Positions 9,072-20,036 of a DNA stretch of 64,000 bases are shown here, piece after piece. The position numbers and the translations under genes were made by a program. The notes below the pieces were generated by a model that was not told the origin of the DNA, ran no database searches, and worked only from the letters and a program-made list of their open reading frames with translations. How positions within the stretch are numbered: the first letter of the stretch is position 1; the number at the start of each line of letters is the position of its first letter. Source of the DNA: a virus; IMG/VR virus record IMGVR_UViG_3300035698_014446, positions 28,206-92,205 of that record. The stretch is one strand, 5' to 3'.

Positions 9072-11673
9072 CAGTGTCCGATAATTTAGATATTAAGTTA
9101 GCTACGTTGCTCGGTACTCTCTTTTTCGGGTCGTTCTTACCAAAGATAACACACATTTCTTTGTGTTTACTCGGTACGTTTTTCATGATATTTTCTATCA
9201 CTTTTTTCTCAACGACAAATAAACCTTTACTCACAAACAATTCAATTATCTCCTCTTCTGTTTTGATAACTGTATGTCCGTTCTTTGGTTTATCATTAAG
9301 CGGATGATTAAAAAATAGTAATCCACCCGGTGTCATTATTCTGCAGATTTCGTTAACACCCGCCTCAAAATGATTGTGTGTTAACGCGTGATCAAGGACT
9401 TCCCAAGCAAAAACAATGTTTGTGGAACTGGTATTAATTGGTATATTGGAAAAATCACCCTTTAAACAATTGATTTTATATGGTAACTTATCCATTTCCA
9501 AGAATTTGTCCATCAGTATATCAATTGAGTATTTTTCCGCCTTAAACGGGAAAAATCTTAGCGCACCACCATACGCTCCCCCACCTATCTCAACTACTGT
9601 TTCTATAATTTCGAGGTCCATATTATCAGTAATCACCTGATCAACATTAAACTGGTTATATACTCTCTTGATGTCCTCTATATAATACTCATCCTTATTG
9701 CCCTCCCAATACTTCATTTCGAAGTCTGGCGACCATTTACCTAATATTTTGTGTCTTCTCTCCCGCCACATTTCAAGCACTTTGTTGTTTAACTTGTACA
9801 AAACTCCGCAAAGAGCCTTTGGTCTTCTTTTGGAATAGACACCCAATCTTAATAAACTTTGCCAAGACTCGCCCTTATAATGAATTATGTGAGTTTTAGT
9901 TGTTGGAACAATTCCCCTTGATTCATTAAAAAACTTCATCGGGAAACCTTGAAATTTTAAACCACTCACAACCATACCTTTTGTGAACTGATTCGGGTCG
10001 CGCGTATTAAGTATGAATCCAAATGATACCTGATCACCACCACCCCACAAAATATAACCATTCTTTTTTGCTGATTTATCAGCTTTCTGTGTTTTTATGG
10101 TTAATCTTGACCATTCCTTAAGAAAACTCCTAACTAACTCGGAATTTTTGGCCAACACTATGCCACAATTTATCGGCCAACTTATATTTTCATCATCACG
10201 TTCCTTATAACAAAAACCGACGTCAAAATCAGTAGTAAAGAACTTACCCATTTTCCTGACAACCATCATGTCTGCGTCCATTAATACTACATTCTGTAAA
10301 TCTTTGTTATCCTCAAGTATTTCATGCCATATTAATGATTTCTGCGCCGTTTTGTATTCTTTGTCACCAGCCTCACACCCTCCGTGTTTCGATTCCTTTA
10401 GTACCACGTATGGTAATATCTTTTTTATTTCATCAATGTACTCCGGGTCGATGTTATGGTAATAAAATATAACATTTGCCTTACCATCATACACCTTATC
10501 AATGCTCTGTAACAGAACGAACACGTTATCGATAAACTTATCGCCATAAGCGGAAAAGGCAAAAGTTATTTTGTTATCTTCTACATTCGCCAATTCTTCT
10601 TTCGCTACTGCCGTATCAATAATCTTATGAAAAACGTTGACCATGGAAGTACCAGCATCCTCCATACCAAAACATTCTTCGGCCTTAGACCTACAATCAG
10701 CGGATATCTTCTCCCTGTTCTTTTTGATTTCTTCCCACGCTATGTGTATCGTATCAGCAAACATTTCCGTATTACGTGGGTTACTACTGAATAGTGCATA
10801 TGGATTACCACTACCACCTATAATAGGTAACCCACAAGCCAATGCTTCCCTGATTATTCGCGTAGCTATTATATGCGGAGTAACTAATAAATCAGCCGCT
10901 CTATACTGTTCCCCCATATTAGGCATTAAAGTACACACATCGCCTAATAATCCCCTTTTACTCAACTGATTAATTATTATGTATATTGGGTCTTTTTTGT
11001 TGGAAGGAACACCATACATATGTATTCTTCCAGTTTGGCAATACTTTTCAATAAATCGTACAGCCGCAAATAAAATATTAAACGGTGTTGTATCTTCCCT
11101 CCACATATCGGCAATCATTATGTTGGGATTACCCCTACGTGTATCATAGTTACGTTTTTTCCCAACCGGTTTGTACTCATTCATATCAACCATTGATGGA
11201 ACAAATGCCATCGGTTTTTCTGGTATTAAATGTTGAAAATAGAATATATGTTCTTTCCAGAACGTAACCACGGCCTTGTATAGATCGTTATTAGCCACTT
11301 CTCTTATGAACGAATACACAGGTATTTGCCCATATTTTTCCAACAGGAATGAGTTTTCCGGTCTACCGTGGAGACACAGAATTATCGGTTTCCCCATACC
11401 TTCTAATTCTATTGGTATAACCGAATGTCGTACGAATATGTCAGCATTTGCAGCCCAATCCATGGACTGTGTGACTATATCGTTGTCCTCTTTGTCCTCA
11501 CACCCCTCGTTTTTCAAACACTTGGGACATACTGCACAATCAATGAACTGAGCATCTACCCCAAACATCCGTTCTGCGCGAATCAAGTCCCTTACTGTGG
11601 CATACTGTCCCGATCTTCCGGGTCCGAATGCCGCAAAATGTGCTACTTTTAGTCCATTTAGATCAGTCGCCAT
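9064..11673 (-). CDS. Multidomain protein: GT-B (GT4-like) glycosyltransferase, GT-A glycosyltransferase and C-terminal class I methyltransferase
   Basis: LHGRPE, YRAADLLV...REALACGLP (GT4). MDADM, INCGIV, GDQ, HYKG (GT-A). VEIGGG, EVLDH, MTPGG (MTase). Confidence 0.85.
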   Translation of the reverse strand: MATDLNGLKVAHFAAFGPGRSGQYATVRDLIRAERMFGVDAQFIDCAVCPKCLKNEGCEDKEDNDIVTQSMDWAANADIFVRHSVIPIELEGMGKPIILCLHGRPENSFLLEKYGQIPVYSFIREVANNDLYKAVVTFWKEHIFYFQHLIPEKPMAFVPSMVDMNEYKPVGKKRNYDTRRGNPNIMIADMWREDTTPFNILFAAVRFIEKYCQTGRIHMYGVPSNKKDPIYIIINQLSKRGLLGDVCTLMPNMGEQYRAADLLVTPHIIATRIIREALACGLPIIGGSGNPYALFSSNPRNTEMFADTIHIAWEEIKKNREKISADCRSKAEECFGMEDAGTSMVNVFHKIIDTAVAKEELANVEDNKITFAFSAYGDKFIDNVFVLLQSIDKVYDGKANVIFYYHNIDPEYIDEIKKILPYVVLKESKHGGCEAGDKEYKTAQKSLIWHEILEDNKDLQNVVLMDADMMVVRKMGKFFTTDFDVGFCYKERDDENISWPINCGIVLAKNSELVRSFLKEWSRLTIKTQKADKSAKKNGYILWGGGDQVSFGFILNTRDPNQFTKGMVVSGLKFQGFPMKFFNESRGIVPTTKTHIIHYKGESWQSLLRLGVYSKRRPKALCGVLYKLNNKVLEMWRERRHKILGKWSPDFEMKYWEGNKDEYYIEDIKRVYNQFNVDQVITDNMDLEIIETVVEIGGGAYGGALRFFPFKAEKYSIDILMDKFLEMDKLPYKINCLKGDFSNIPINTSSTNIVFAWEVLDHALTHNHFEAGVNEICRIMTPGGLLFFNHPLNDKPKNGHTVIKTEEEIIELFVSKGLFVVEKKVIENIMKNVPSKHKEMCVIFGKNDPKKRVPSNVANLISKLSDTDG

Positions 11674-11704
11674 GTTTCTTGTCCCTTAATTTTGTCTCGT
11701 TCTT

Positions 11705-11734
11705 AAAAAAGCGGACCCCCCACGGGGGGTCCGC
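11705..11734 (-). terminator. Rho-independent terminator after the major capsid gene
   Basis: Stem gcggaccccc/gggggtccgc followed on the minus strand by T6. Confidence 0.85.
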
Positions 11735-11768
11735 TCGCACTCATACTAATCGCAGTTGTCGAAGCAAT

Positions 11769-12800
11769 TTACGCAATGGCTGAAACCCTCTGCCACTGGG
11801 TTTCATTCAGGTACGCACCGTAACGACCCCACCCGGCAACAGTCTCGGCAAAGGCCAGAATGTCTGTCTCTGCGAGCAGAGTCAGGTCCATTCTGTTACC
11901 GATCTTGTTTTTGCGACCCGGAATCGTCAGATAGCCAAGAGGCTTGGACGAACCAGCATCACCGGTCCACTTCGTTGCTCCATCGTCATTGACGGTGGTC
12001 CAATCGAGGTAGGAGGTGTAAATCGGCGTGATGTTGTAGCTAAGCCCAACACCAGAAACGGTAAGAGTCCTTGCGGGATTCAATGCCATTTCGACACGAT
12101 GCTTCATCGACAGGTCAGTGTACAGAATCAGCGGCGTACCAGCGGTAACGCCAAGGCCTGTATCCCGGTGACGATTGATCAGCGTGTACGCTGCGTCATT
12201 AATGGTGTACCGGTCTTTGTCAGTGGTCGTAGTGGCCAGCGACGTATACACGGTATTGTACGTTTGGGATAAGGACTGAATCATATCATAGAACAACACG
12301 GCCTTTTCCTCAAACCATTTGCGTCTGAACTCAAGGGCGTTGTCCTCGATGGTCCACCATTCGCCATCGTCAAACCACGTTTTGAGCCATTGCAAGGCAC
12401 CACCGTAAAGATTCAACGAAACGGTAACCTCTCCACCAGAAACGCTGTAAATCCGGGCTTTGTCGCCATCGCGGACCTTTTTGAAGGTCAGGCCGGACTG
12501 AGAACTTCTGACGGTGAAACTTCCCGTCTTAACGTTGGTCAGATCGATCGAGTCGAAAGCTGCTTCGTACCCGGTATCCAACTCAGCGATATCGATGTGA
12601 AACTTGTCAACGATTTCAAGGACGGAATCAGGGAAATTCTGAGAACTTGTGAACTCCGTGATACCAGCCTTCCGAAGTAGCTGTCCAGCCCGCATAGCCT
12701 GCGAGAAATTATGCTGGATAGCACCAATAAAGGCATTACGGCCTTTCTTGGTTCCGACATTGATCATGTCGTAATTGTGAAAAATCTTACCAGTCTTCAT
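11769..12800 (-). CDS. Major capsid protein (HK97-like)
   Basis: 343 aa, follows the protease/scaffold/decoration genes, GC-rich codon usage typical of a highly expressed gene, strong terminator downstream. Confidence 0.75.
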   Translation of the reverse strand: MKTGKIFHNYDMINVGTKKGRNAFIGAIQHNFSQAMRAGQLLRKAGITEFTSSQNFPDSVLEIVDKFHIDIAELDTGYEAAFDSIDLTNVKTGSFTVRSSQSGLTFKKVRDGDKARIYSVSGGEVTVSLNLYGGALQWLKTWFDDGEWWTIEDNALEFRRKWFEEKAVLFYDMIQSLSQTYNTVYTSLATTTTDKDRYTINDAAYTLINRHRDTGLGVTAGTPLILYTDLSMKHRVEMALNPARTLTVSGVGLSYNITPIYTSYLDWTTVNDDGATKWTGDAGSSKPLGYLTIPGRKNKIGNRMDLTLLAETDILAFAETVAGWGRYGAYLNETQWQRVSAIA

Positions 12801-12865
12801 TGCTAAATCTCCATAACAGAAAATTGTGAACTCACTTCAACACGAATATTGCTTGTTAGGCAATA

Positions 12866-13288
12866 TTAAGTAATAGTCAAGGCATCACTCGGAGACTTAT
12901 CATCTTCGAAGCCGTAACCATTGAAGTGAACCATCAGTTCCGAAACACCAACGGCTTTTGCCTCAAGAGCAATAGCCGTGGCCTTAACCTCGGAACCCTG
13001 AGTCTCGAATTTCCCAGTACTCATTCGGAGACAAAGCTTCTCCCCTGCGTAAATCGCAGAAGCGGGGAATGCAGTAACCTGCAGCTTTGGAACCTCGTAA
13101 GCAGCGACGATAACACCGCTCGTTACAGTCTGCAACGGGAGGATGATCGCATCACTCCGTACTGCAAACGTACCGGCGGTAAAACCTTGTACATCCGAAA
13201 CCTCATAAACCTTAGCCTCGCCCACCGGGCATCGGAATCCGAGGACATCCGAACCAGTGGTCGTACTAACATCACCAATACTTCCCAT
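12866..13288 (-). CDS. Head decoration/cement protein
   Basis: 140 aa, beta-rich (AIYAGEKLCL...AIALEAK), immediately upstream of the capsid gene. Confidence 0.6.
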   Translation of the reverse strand: MGSIGDVSTTTGSDVLGFRCPVGEAKVYEVSDVQGFTAGTFAVRSDAIILPLQTVTSGVIVAAYEVPKLQVTAFPASAIYAGEKLCLRMSTGKFETQGSEVKATAIALEAKAVGVSELMVHFNGYGFEDDKSPSDALTIT

Positions 13289-13397
13289 GATGTTATCCTT
13301 CCGTATTTAAACACTTATCAACATTATTGACTGTCGTCAAACGAAAACATCAACTGCCGTTGACAAATATCCTATGCCGCTGACGCGACGTTACTAA

Positions 13398-14009
13398 TTA
13401 ATCATCCTTCTTACTATCACCACCCCCGATTAAGGGGTTGTTCTTCGGGTCCGTCATGTCCACGTCTTCATCACCCACTTTATCCTTGAACAAGTCCGGG
13501 TTATCCTCTGGTTTCTTGTCGTCTTCCTTTACTTTTAGTTCGATACCGTGTTTTTCGATCAGTTCAAGTTCTTCCTTGACGGCATCGTTAACTTTTTCCT
13601 GACGCTGATCATTTGTGAGATCGCCTGACAAATCAACACCACGACCGGTAGATAGTCTGTCCTTGATATAATTGACTACCTGTGAAGACTTGTCAGCCAA
13701 TTCCTTCGAACCGTCAACGAGAGAAGTTGTCTCCGCCTTGTCGCGAAACTTTTGGAGTTCCACACACCGTTGTTTGAGGACGACAATTTCCTTCTCAAGT
13801 TTTGTTTTGATCTTTGTCTCGGCGTCATGAGCAAGTTCAATGACGGTTCTATTCGTCGATATATCCTGCTTGTTGTACAACTCACTCATAGGAATGTCCT
13901 GCTTAGCGATAGCTGCCTTGATATCTAGTAAAGACAACTCATCCTCTTCACCCTCTTCGCTAATGAATGCTCTTCTCAATTCTAACTCTTTTCTGTCCTT
14001 CATGTCCAT
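13398..14009 (-). CDS. Capsid scaffolding protein
   Basis: Acidic coiled-coil protein between protease and capsid genes. Confidence 0.55.
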   Translation of the reverse strand: MDMKDRKELELRRAFISEEGEEDELSLLDIKAAIAKQDIPMSELYNKQDISTNRTVIELAHDAETKIKTKLEKEIVVLKQRCVELQKFRDKAETTSLVDGSKELADKSSQVVNYIKDRLSTGRGVDLSGDLTNDQRQEKVNDAVKEELELIEKHGIELKVKEDDKKPEDNPDLFKDKVGDEDVDMTDPKNNPLIGGGDSKKDD

Positions 14010-14797
14010 TACTCCTTATTCATTTCTTGAATTGTTGCTAACACACCAGCCCCGGAGAATCCCGGATTATTAACAGAAGAACTGCCAATGGCCAGATTAG
14101 TAATTTTGTCTACATCCTTCACAAACCAAGTACTAAACTTATCTTCTCTCGCCAGTAATACATTCCCTTCAATAGAACATATGTTAAGTTTACCACTCTT
14201 AATATCATCAATTATGTCCGAATCGGTGATATGTGCTACAGCAAGAGCGTGTAAACTGTCTTTTATAGTTTTGGTGAAAGAATGAATTACTCTTCCCACC
14301 TTACGTTTTATATCTTCGCCCGGAGCATTATGTCCGTGTATAATCCCTACTGCTCCTTCTTTGATTCTTCTTGACAATTCTTTTATAGCACGAAAAGACC
14401 ATATTTTTCTTTCCTTCTTATGGTCAATCTTTCCACTGGAAACACCTTCACCACCGACATCGTATACAACTAAAAATGGATGTGGGTCTGTTCTTTTTAT
14501 CTGTTGAAGGAGTTCTGAGGATATACAGTCAGATGCACTCATTTCTGAAATATGCGCAAATATTCTTACATCCATAGACTTGTTAACAAGTGCATTACCG
14601 CGCCTTTTAGATACAGCCACTTTTTTCCTATTTACATACTGTATTCTTAGTAATAGCTTATCGGCAGCGTTTTTCGCACACAGCACATCACCAGTTAGGT
14701 CCTCAACCCTTTCAAACTCACGTACATAAGCTTTTTGAACATGAGCAGGTTCGTGCCTAACCGCTTTCGGAGGTACTGTAGAGTATACTATAGCCAT
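14009..14797 (-). CDS. Putative prohead protease with a ChaB-like N-terminus
   Basis: Position in the head module. HGH and CSIEG could supply His/Ser. N-terminal YSTVPPKAVRHEPAHVQKAYVREF resembles ChaB. Confidence 0.45.
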   Translation of the reverse strand: MAIVYSTVPPKAVRHEPAHVQKAYVREFERVEDLTGDVLCAKNAADKLLLRIQYVNRKKVAVSKRRGNALVNKSMDVRIFAHISEMSASDCISSELLQQIKRTDPHPFLVVYDVGGEGVSSGKIDHKKERKIWSFRAIKELSRRIKEGAVGIIHGHNAPGEDIKRKVGRVIHSFTKTIKDSLHALAVAHITDSDIIDDIKSGKLNICSIEGNVLLAREDKFSTWFVKDVDKITNLAIGSSSVNNPGFSGAGVLATIQEMNKE

Positions 14798-14810
14798 AAT
14801 ATTCCAGTCT

Positions 14811-15401
14811 TTATATTGCAGTAATTATCATTCCAACGCCGGGGCACTCACCACCCACACCCCCATCAGCTTCCCATACGTAAGGATAAAGGTATCTAAT
14901 ACCGTTTGCGTCGAACCGCATCCACAGCATCTTGTTGTCACCATCAGCAAACACATTTACACCGCCAGGCCATTCATCATTAGTTAAGGTAAGTGTATCC
15001 AACCATCTACCTGTTTCCGTAGCCCCACCATCGCCAGACGCTCGTGCCGTACCTACTTGAGCAGCCTTAGTGGCGGCACTACATATTCGCATAGGCGGAT
15101 TAAACCCGTTTGCAGACCCGGCCCAACCGCCTCTATTGGGTGATCTGTACCCAATCAAATCAAAAGCAAACGTATCATCGTCAGCACATACTTGACCACC
15201 AAAACTCTGACCGAACATGGCAATAATCAGGTTTGAAAACTTGAACTCAAATAATGAAAACAAATCGATACAGTTTGCCTTTTGCTGGTGAAACGTAAAG
15301 CCAGTCAATACATTAGCTGCAGCCGCATCGTTTTCTGCCGCAACCGCCCTCAGGATTTCCTAAGGATGCATCGGCGTCATTAAAATATTTTCATCCGACA
15401 T
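14811..15401 (-). CDS. Virion-associated protein with an in-frame TAG at codon 14
   Basis: GGAG RBS and ATG at 15401 are in frame with ORF 14811-15308. TAG at 15362-15360. Confidence 0.5.
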
Positions 15402-15441
15402 GTTAATAACTCCTACTAAAAATAGAATTTATTACCGATTA

Positions 15442-16230
15442 TTACGGAGCAGCCCAAGTATAAGCTGCACCAAGATCAAGATACGTGATTATTATTGCAT
15501 ACCGACCAGCGGTAAGAGTAGTCCAATTGTCTTCGGGCTGCATATTAATCCAGATCGCTTTCGGGGATTGGGTTGAAGCAATAATAGGGGACCCAGCAGC
15601 AGCAGTTGTTATAAAATTATCCAAATCGTCAATAGTGTCCGTTGCGAGAACATCACCTGCACCACTTGATATACCTATATCAAGTGATATAATATCATCG
15701 GGGTCAGCCTCGGAAGATACTACAGCCTCTATACATCGTACTTGCGCACTTATAAGTTCACCCCAACCCGGTACTAGTTGACCGAGATTGATAAATTGTT
15801 CATTATTATTGGCTTGAGTATCATCAAACTGAAAATCATCCGCTGATGCGGCAACCACTATTGATATCGTTTTTACAACAGTTTTCAGACCCCATATTTG
15901 ATCGACGGCTACTATTTCCCCAGATGAAATGACTACGTTACCAGAAGAAGCAACGATATCGCCTAATACTGCTTGAACATCACCCGCACTCGCAACTATA
16001 TTCCCGGTAGTGGCGGTTATGTCACCGGATGAAACCGTATGGCCGCCAGAAGCAGTAAAAGTACCATTTGTTACTTCTACATTTCCGCGCGAATACCGAA
16101 GAAGGCCGCCGCCTCTTACCACCCACGGTCCGCTTCTTCTGCCTCTCTGACCAGCGGCGAATAAATACACTATCGACATAAAGCACAGTACGAACAACAG
16201 ACTTATTTGTTTTTTCCTTCTTTTCGACAT
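15442..16230 (-). CDS. Putative virion/membrane protein with an N-terminal TM or signal segment and short beta-repeats
   Basis: Basic then hydrophobic N-terminus, GDI/GNI..A..G repeats. Confidence 0.45.
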   Translation of the reverse strand: MSKRRKKQISLLFVLCFMSIVYLFAAGQRGRRSGPWVVRGGGLLRYSRGNVEVTNGTFTASGGHTVSSGDITATTGNIVASAGDVQAVLGDIVASSGNVVISSGEIVAVDQIWGLKTVVKTISIVVAASADDFQFDDTQANNNEQFINLGQLVPGWGELISAQVRCIEAVVSSEADPDDIISLDIGISSGAGDVLATDTIDDLDNFITTAAAGSPIIASTQSPKAIWINMQPEDNWTTLTAGRYAIIITYLDLGAAYTWAAP

Positions 16231-16464
16231 CGTTAATTCCTTTTTTTTTTTTAGTTACGGACCGATTCTTAACTCTGTGGACCGACATCAACAGAGTTAG
16301 GTGATACTGCGCCACCCGGACCCAATATAACTGCCACTTGCTTTGGGCTGGTTCCACCTGCTGCTTCTGGGTTTATTAAAGGTTTTGATTCCGGTGTTAC
16401 ATGACCTATTGTATCAGCCGTTCTTGCACCTTCACCAGCACCTAAGTTCCTACTTCTCTGTCTG

Positions 16465-16785
16465 TTAGCCATTACTATCTCCCTTATCTAAATTATCAAG
16501 AATATCCCAAACTACTCCAACTATTGTGGCTCCGTGTACTTCACCCACATAATCACGTAGTTTTTTAAGATCGTTTATAGATATATCCGGTTCATCAGAG
16601 CAATTAACAAGTGTTGCTAACTCGTACCTCTTGTATTTTAATTCGCCGGTTTCTCTCTGTGACTGAGGAGTATTCGCTAATATAGCATTGGTAAGTACGG
16701 TCCTAAGAATTATATTCTTTTTCTTATTGTCCTTTAGTGTGTCGTTGTTAAAATTTTTTAACTCTTGGGTTACGTCCAATTTCAT
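16465..16785 (-). CDS. Conserved phage protein (tail/appendage chaperone-like)
   Basis: GELKYKRYELA...L motif of a kind seen beside fibre genes. Confidence 0.35.
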   Translation of the reverse strand: MKLDVTQELKNFNNDTLKDNKKKNIILRTVLTNAILANTPQSQRETGELKYKRYELATLVNCSDEPDISINDLKKLRDYVGEVHGATIVGVVWDILDNLDKGDSNG

Positions 16786-16802
16786 ATCATCACCTTTTTT
16801 AC

Positions 16803-17135
16803 TTAGTCCGGGGTCGGTGCATCTGTTCCAGTTATAATATTATCAGGAATACTATGTTTAGGGGGATTAATAATACTTATTTCATCATTAAACCTAACCT
16901 TATCCTCGTGCAGTTTAGAAAGACGAACTAAAGCACGTATTGTTTTAGAGAATACTCTTTTAACAAATTCAGGATTTGTTTCTAACGCCGATTTATTTGC
17001 AAAAGAAAATTTTTGTGATGTCCTGTACACATCACCTTTTATTCTAATATCAAGTTGATTATTAACAAGTAACTTTATAGCCTGTAATACTACAATATCA
17101 TATTGATCTGGAATTTCTATACTTATTACAGACAC
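16803..17135 (-). CDS. Hypothetical protein
   Basis: ORF with RBS in the late operon. Confidence 0.4.
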   Translation of the reverse strand: MSVISIEIPDQYDIVVLQAIKLLVNNQLDIRIKGDVYRTSQKFSFANKSALETNPEFVKRVFSKTIRALVRLSKLHEDKVRFNDEISIINPPKHSIPDNIITGTDAPTPD

Positions 17136-17148
17136 GTTATTCTCCTAT

Positions 17149-17259
17149 TTATCTTTTACCTTTACCTTTTGATCTTGTTTTTTTACATCCACCTCGACCA
17201 CGATTAGCCCTTACACCCTTACCACTACCATTTCTTTTTGGTGTCCCTTTTTTATTCAT
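17149..17259 (-). CDS. 36-aa Lys/Arg/Gly-rich basic peptide
   Basis: MNKKGTPKRNGSGKGCKANRGRGGCKKTRSKGKGKR with an AAGGTGA RBS. Fills the gap between two late genes. Confidence 0.6.
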   Translation of the reverse strand: MNKKGTPKRNGSGKGVRANRGRGGCKKTRSKGKGKR

Positions 17260-17276
17260 AATCACCTTTTTAATTC

Positions 17277-20036
17277 TTATGGTGCATTAAGTTGTACTAT
17301 CCAATCTACATCATCACTATCAGTATACATAAATATTGTTGGATCATCATCCTTAACCCACAATTGACCGTATCCCGCAACTACGGCAGGAGAAGCAGCC
17401 ATTTTTGGCATATAATATGAGTACGCGTACATCGCAGTAAATGATGTACCAGCTAAACCCACGCTACCTTCATCATCATTATACGGAATAATTTGATCAA
17501 CATTAATTAAATTGTTTTCATTCATGTCAATATTACCACTACCCATAGTTATAGTATCACATATAACTAAAGTATCAATAGTAGCGGTATCCAGAACATG
17601 TAAATTACCCGCGAACACTGATCTACTGGCTATAGATGTTTCGTAATAACCAACATCAAGAGATGTCATTGCATTAAGGCAACCAAGCTCATGAATTTGT
17701 AGTATTTGACTTATAGATAATACAACATCATAAATTCTTACCTCATCAAGCCAGCCATCAAAATCGTTTCCATCAGGAGTATCGACATCTTCACCCAAAC
17801 TTATGTCTGTATCTGTAGTATTTATTGTTATACCTGCTGCTGACGGGCCCCCATCAACAACACCATCTATATAAAATATTATTCCATCAGAACCAGCACC
17901 ACTGGAAGTCACAGCTATAGAATGCCATTTACCATCCCTTAAATCTACTGCCCCAGCCCTACCTCCTCCAGCAAGCTCTACTGTTTGTACACCGGCTGCA
18001 CTTATAACCCAAGAGAATCGTTTTCCTGCACCAGTAGCAAATACTCCGTATTCGATAATATATTGATAACCAGAACCTATTGGAACTTTGATTCTCGCAA
18101 CATAAGTTCTGGCATCAGCACCATTAGGTATATTTGATGGTCCACCTATTGTGTGACTATGAACACCCCCGCCATAATAGAAACATTGACCAATTATACC
18201 AGTCGCTTTTGTTGGTGGCCCGGTAACAACAGTACAATGATTACCATTACCAGATAAATCTTGAATAAATGAAGCTCCGTCAGTAGTATCCATATCCCAC
18301 CACGCAACGAGTCCTGCGTCAAGTGCGAAGCCATGGTCTATGTGTTCGGTAGTTATAAAATCAGTAAATGCATCGTGACCTGTGCCAGGATTAACTATAT
18401 TATTACTACCCATGTCAAGAGCGCCAGTCATTGCCCTTATACCATCTACTAAAACGTATTGTGCATGATCATCATCAGATAAACCCGATAATGCTCCATG
18501 ATTATTAGCTATAGCCGTAACTCCAGTAATTGATGAACCACGAAAATCAGTAACATCTACTATCTTTGCATTATAAGTACCACCATAACTATCTTTAGTC
18601 TGCATTACAAAACGATATAAAAAGATAATTTCAGCAGCAGGCAATGAACCGAAACTTAGTATTTCGTTTTGTGCATCCTCGATAGCTGTAGCTTTAGTAG
18701 TATATTCTGACTGACCAACTATCATTTTAATAGGATACTGCCAATCATTAGTAGCCATTAATGTGTATCCAACCCACTGACCATCAGTAACTTCCGTTAA
18801 TGTTCCAGCATTATCATATGCTAATCTATCCTCACCACCCGCACCTGTTTTAACCCACGGTAACACAGATGCAGCTTGTTCTACCCAATTTAATGAACCG
18901 TCACGGTATAGCACAGGTATTTCAGCAATACCCGTTGCTCCACCACTTGATAATATTTGCTCATATTGTCCAGCAGCAGTTACTGCATCAGATATTTTTA
19001 TATTTATATCTTCATCAAAAAACTCACCATCTTCAATATCCATTTGTAATGCAGCATCTGTTTCCGTATTTTTAATATATTTACTTGCTGCAAAACCAGA
19101 TTTATAACTTGCACCTAAATTAAAATGTATCCAAGAATGAGTTTCACCAGACATTTGTAAATCATGAATTTCGTTTGCAAGTAAAAGAGCAGCATTAATT
19201 AAAGTGTTCCAATATACAATAATTACTAATGCTTTAGATATAAAAATCTCACTAAGTAATTCATCCGAAGGATTAATTATTTCAGAAATTACTGCCCCAT
19301 CATAATATATATAGTGTAGTCCAGTAGTATCAGCTATAGTAATTGTTTCCGTTCCACTGTCTGTATACCGAATTCCATCAGACCACCACGCAACAGTACC
19401 AGTAAATGTAAGAGTAATAGTTGGAGGATTACCACTATCAGTAGATAGTGCTATAGAACTGGCATCTTCAAATCCATTTAAATTATGTACTCTACGTTCT
19501 AATCCTGCTTCCTGTAATGATGCTTCTACAGTAGTACTAACATAATAATTACCTACGTCTTCCACACCTACTAATGAAGCACCAGAAGGGGCTACTATAG
19601 CACCAGTTTCTATTTCAGTATAATATCTTCCATCATGATCAGCAACGACTGCAGATGGCATATCAACTAAATCTACATGATTAATCGAACCAATACCACC
19701 ATAAGGACCGGGGTCACCCTTCGGACCACGACGACCTTTAGTATGTGATTCTTTAAGATAATCTTCTATTTTTTCCTTCATCCCCAAATCTAAATGAATT
19801 GATTCATCAAGAACATGTGCAGTACCTAACTTAATTTGGGTAAGTATGTCCTCATTTATATGTATTATTGTACTGAAAGTGTGTTCACGTAAATCTTTCA
19901 GTTCAAACTCGTGCTTAATCAATTCTTGTTTTTCTTCGACACTTAAATATAGTTTACCTCCACCTTCCGGAATATCGGAAGTAATAAGATTCACAAAACC
20001 TTGCTTACCTTGTACTGCATCAACTGACAATTGCAT
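17277..20036 (-). CDS. Large virion appendage/fibre protein with LamG (concanavalin-like) domain
   Basis: GLVAWWDMD...DLSGNGNH, DGKWHSIAVT, FYIDG, FDGWLDEVRIYD. Short collagen-like GxxGPKGDPGP. HGALSGLSDDDHAQY. Confidence 0.8.
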   Translation of the reverse strand: MQLSVDAVQGKQGFVNLITSDIPEGGGKLYLSVEEKQELIKHEFELKDLREHTFSTIIHINEDILTQIKLGTAHVLDESIHLDLGMKEKIEDYLKESHTKGRRGPKGDPGPYGGIGSINHVDLVDMPSAVVADHDGRYYTEIETGAIVAPSGASLVGVEDVGNYYVSTTVEASLQEAGLERRVHNLNGFEDASSIALSTDSGNPPTITLTFTGTVAWWSDGIRYTDSGTETITIADTTGLHYIYYDGAVISEIINPSDELLSEIFISKALVIIVYWNTLINAALLLANEIHDLQMSGETHSWIHFNLGASYKSGFAASKYIKNTETDAALQMDIEDGEFFDEDINIKISDAVTAAGQYEQILSSGGATGIAEIPVLYRDGSLNWVEQAASVLPWVKTGAGGEDRLAYDNAGTLTEVTDGQWVGYTLMATNDWQYPIKMIVGQSEYTTKATAIEDAQNEILSFGSLPAAEIIFLYRFVMQTKDSYGGTYNAKIVDVTDFRGSSITGVTAIANNHGALSGLSDDDHAQYVLVDGIRAMTGALDMGSNNIVNPGTGHDAFTDFITTEHIDHGFALDAGLVAWWDMDTTDGASFIQDLSGNGNHCTVVTGPPTKATGIIGQCFYYGGGVHSHTIGGPSNIPNGADARTYVARIKVPIGSGYQYIIEYGVFATGAGKRFSWVISAAGVQTVELAGGGRAGAVDLRDGKWHSIAVTSSGAGSDGIIFYIDGVVDGGPSAAGITINTTDTDISLGEDVDTPDGNDFDGWLDEVRIYDVVLSISQILQIHELGCLNAMTSLDVGYYETSIASRSVFAGNLHVLDTATIDTLVICDTITMGSGNIDMNENNLINVDQIIPYNDDEGSVGLAGTSFTAMYAYSYYMPKMAASPAVVAGYGQLWVKDDDPTIFMYTDSDDVDWIVQLNAP

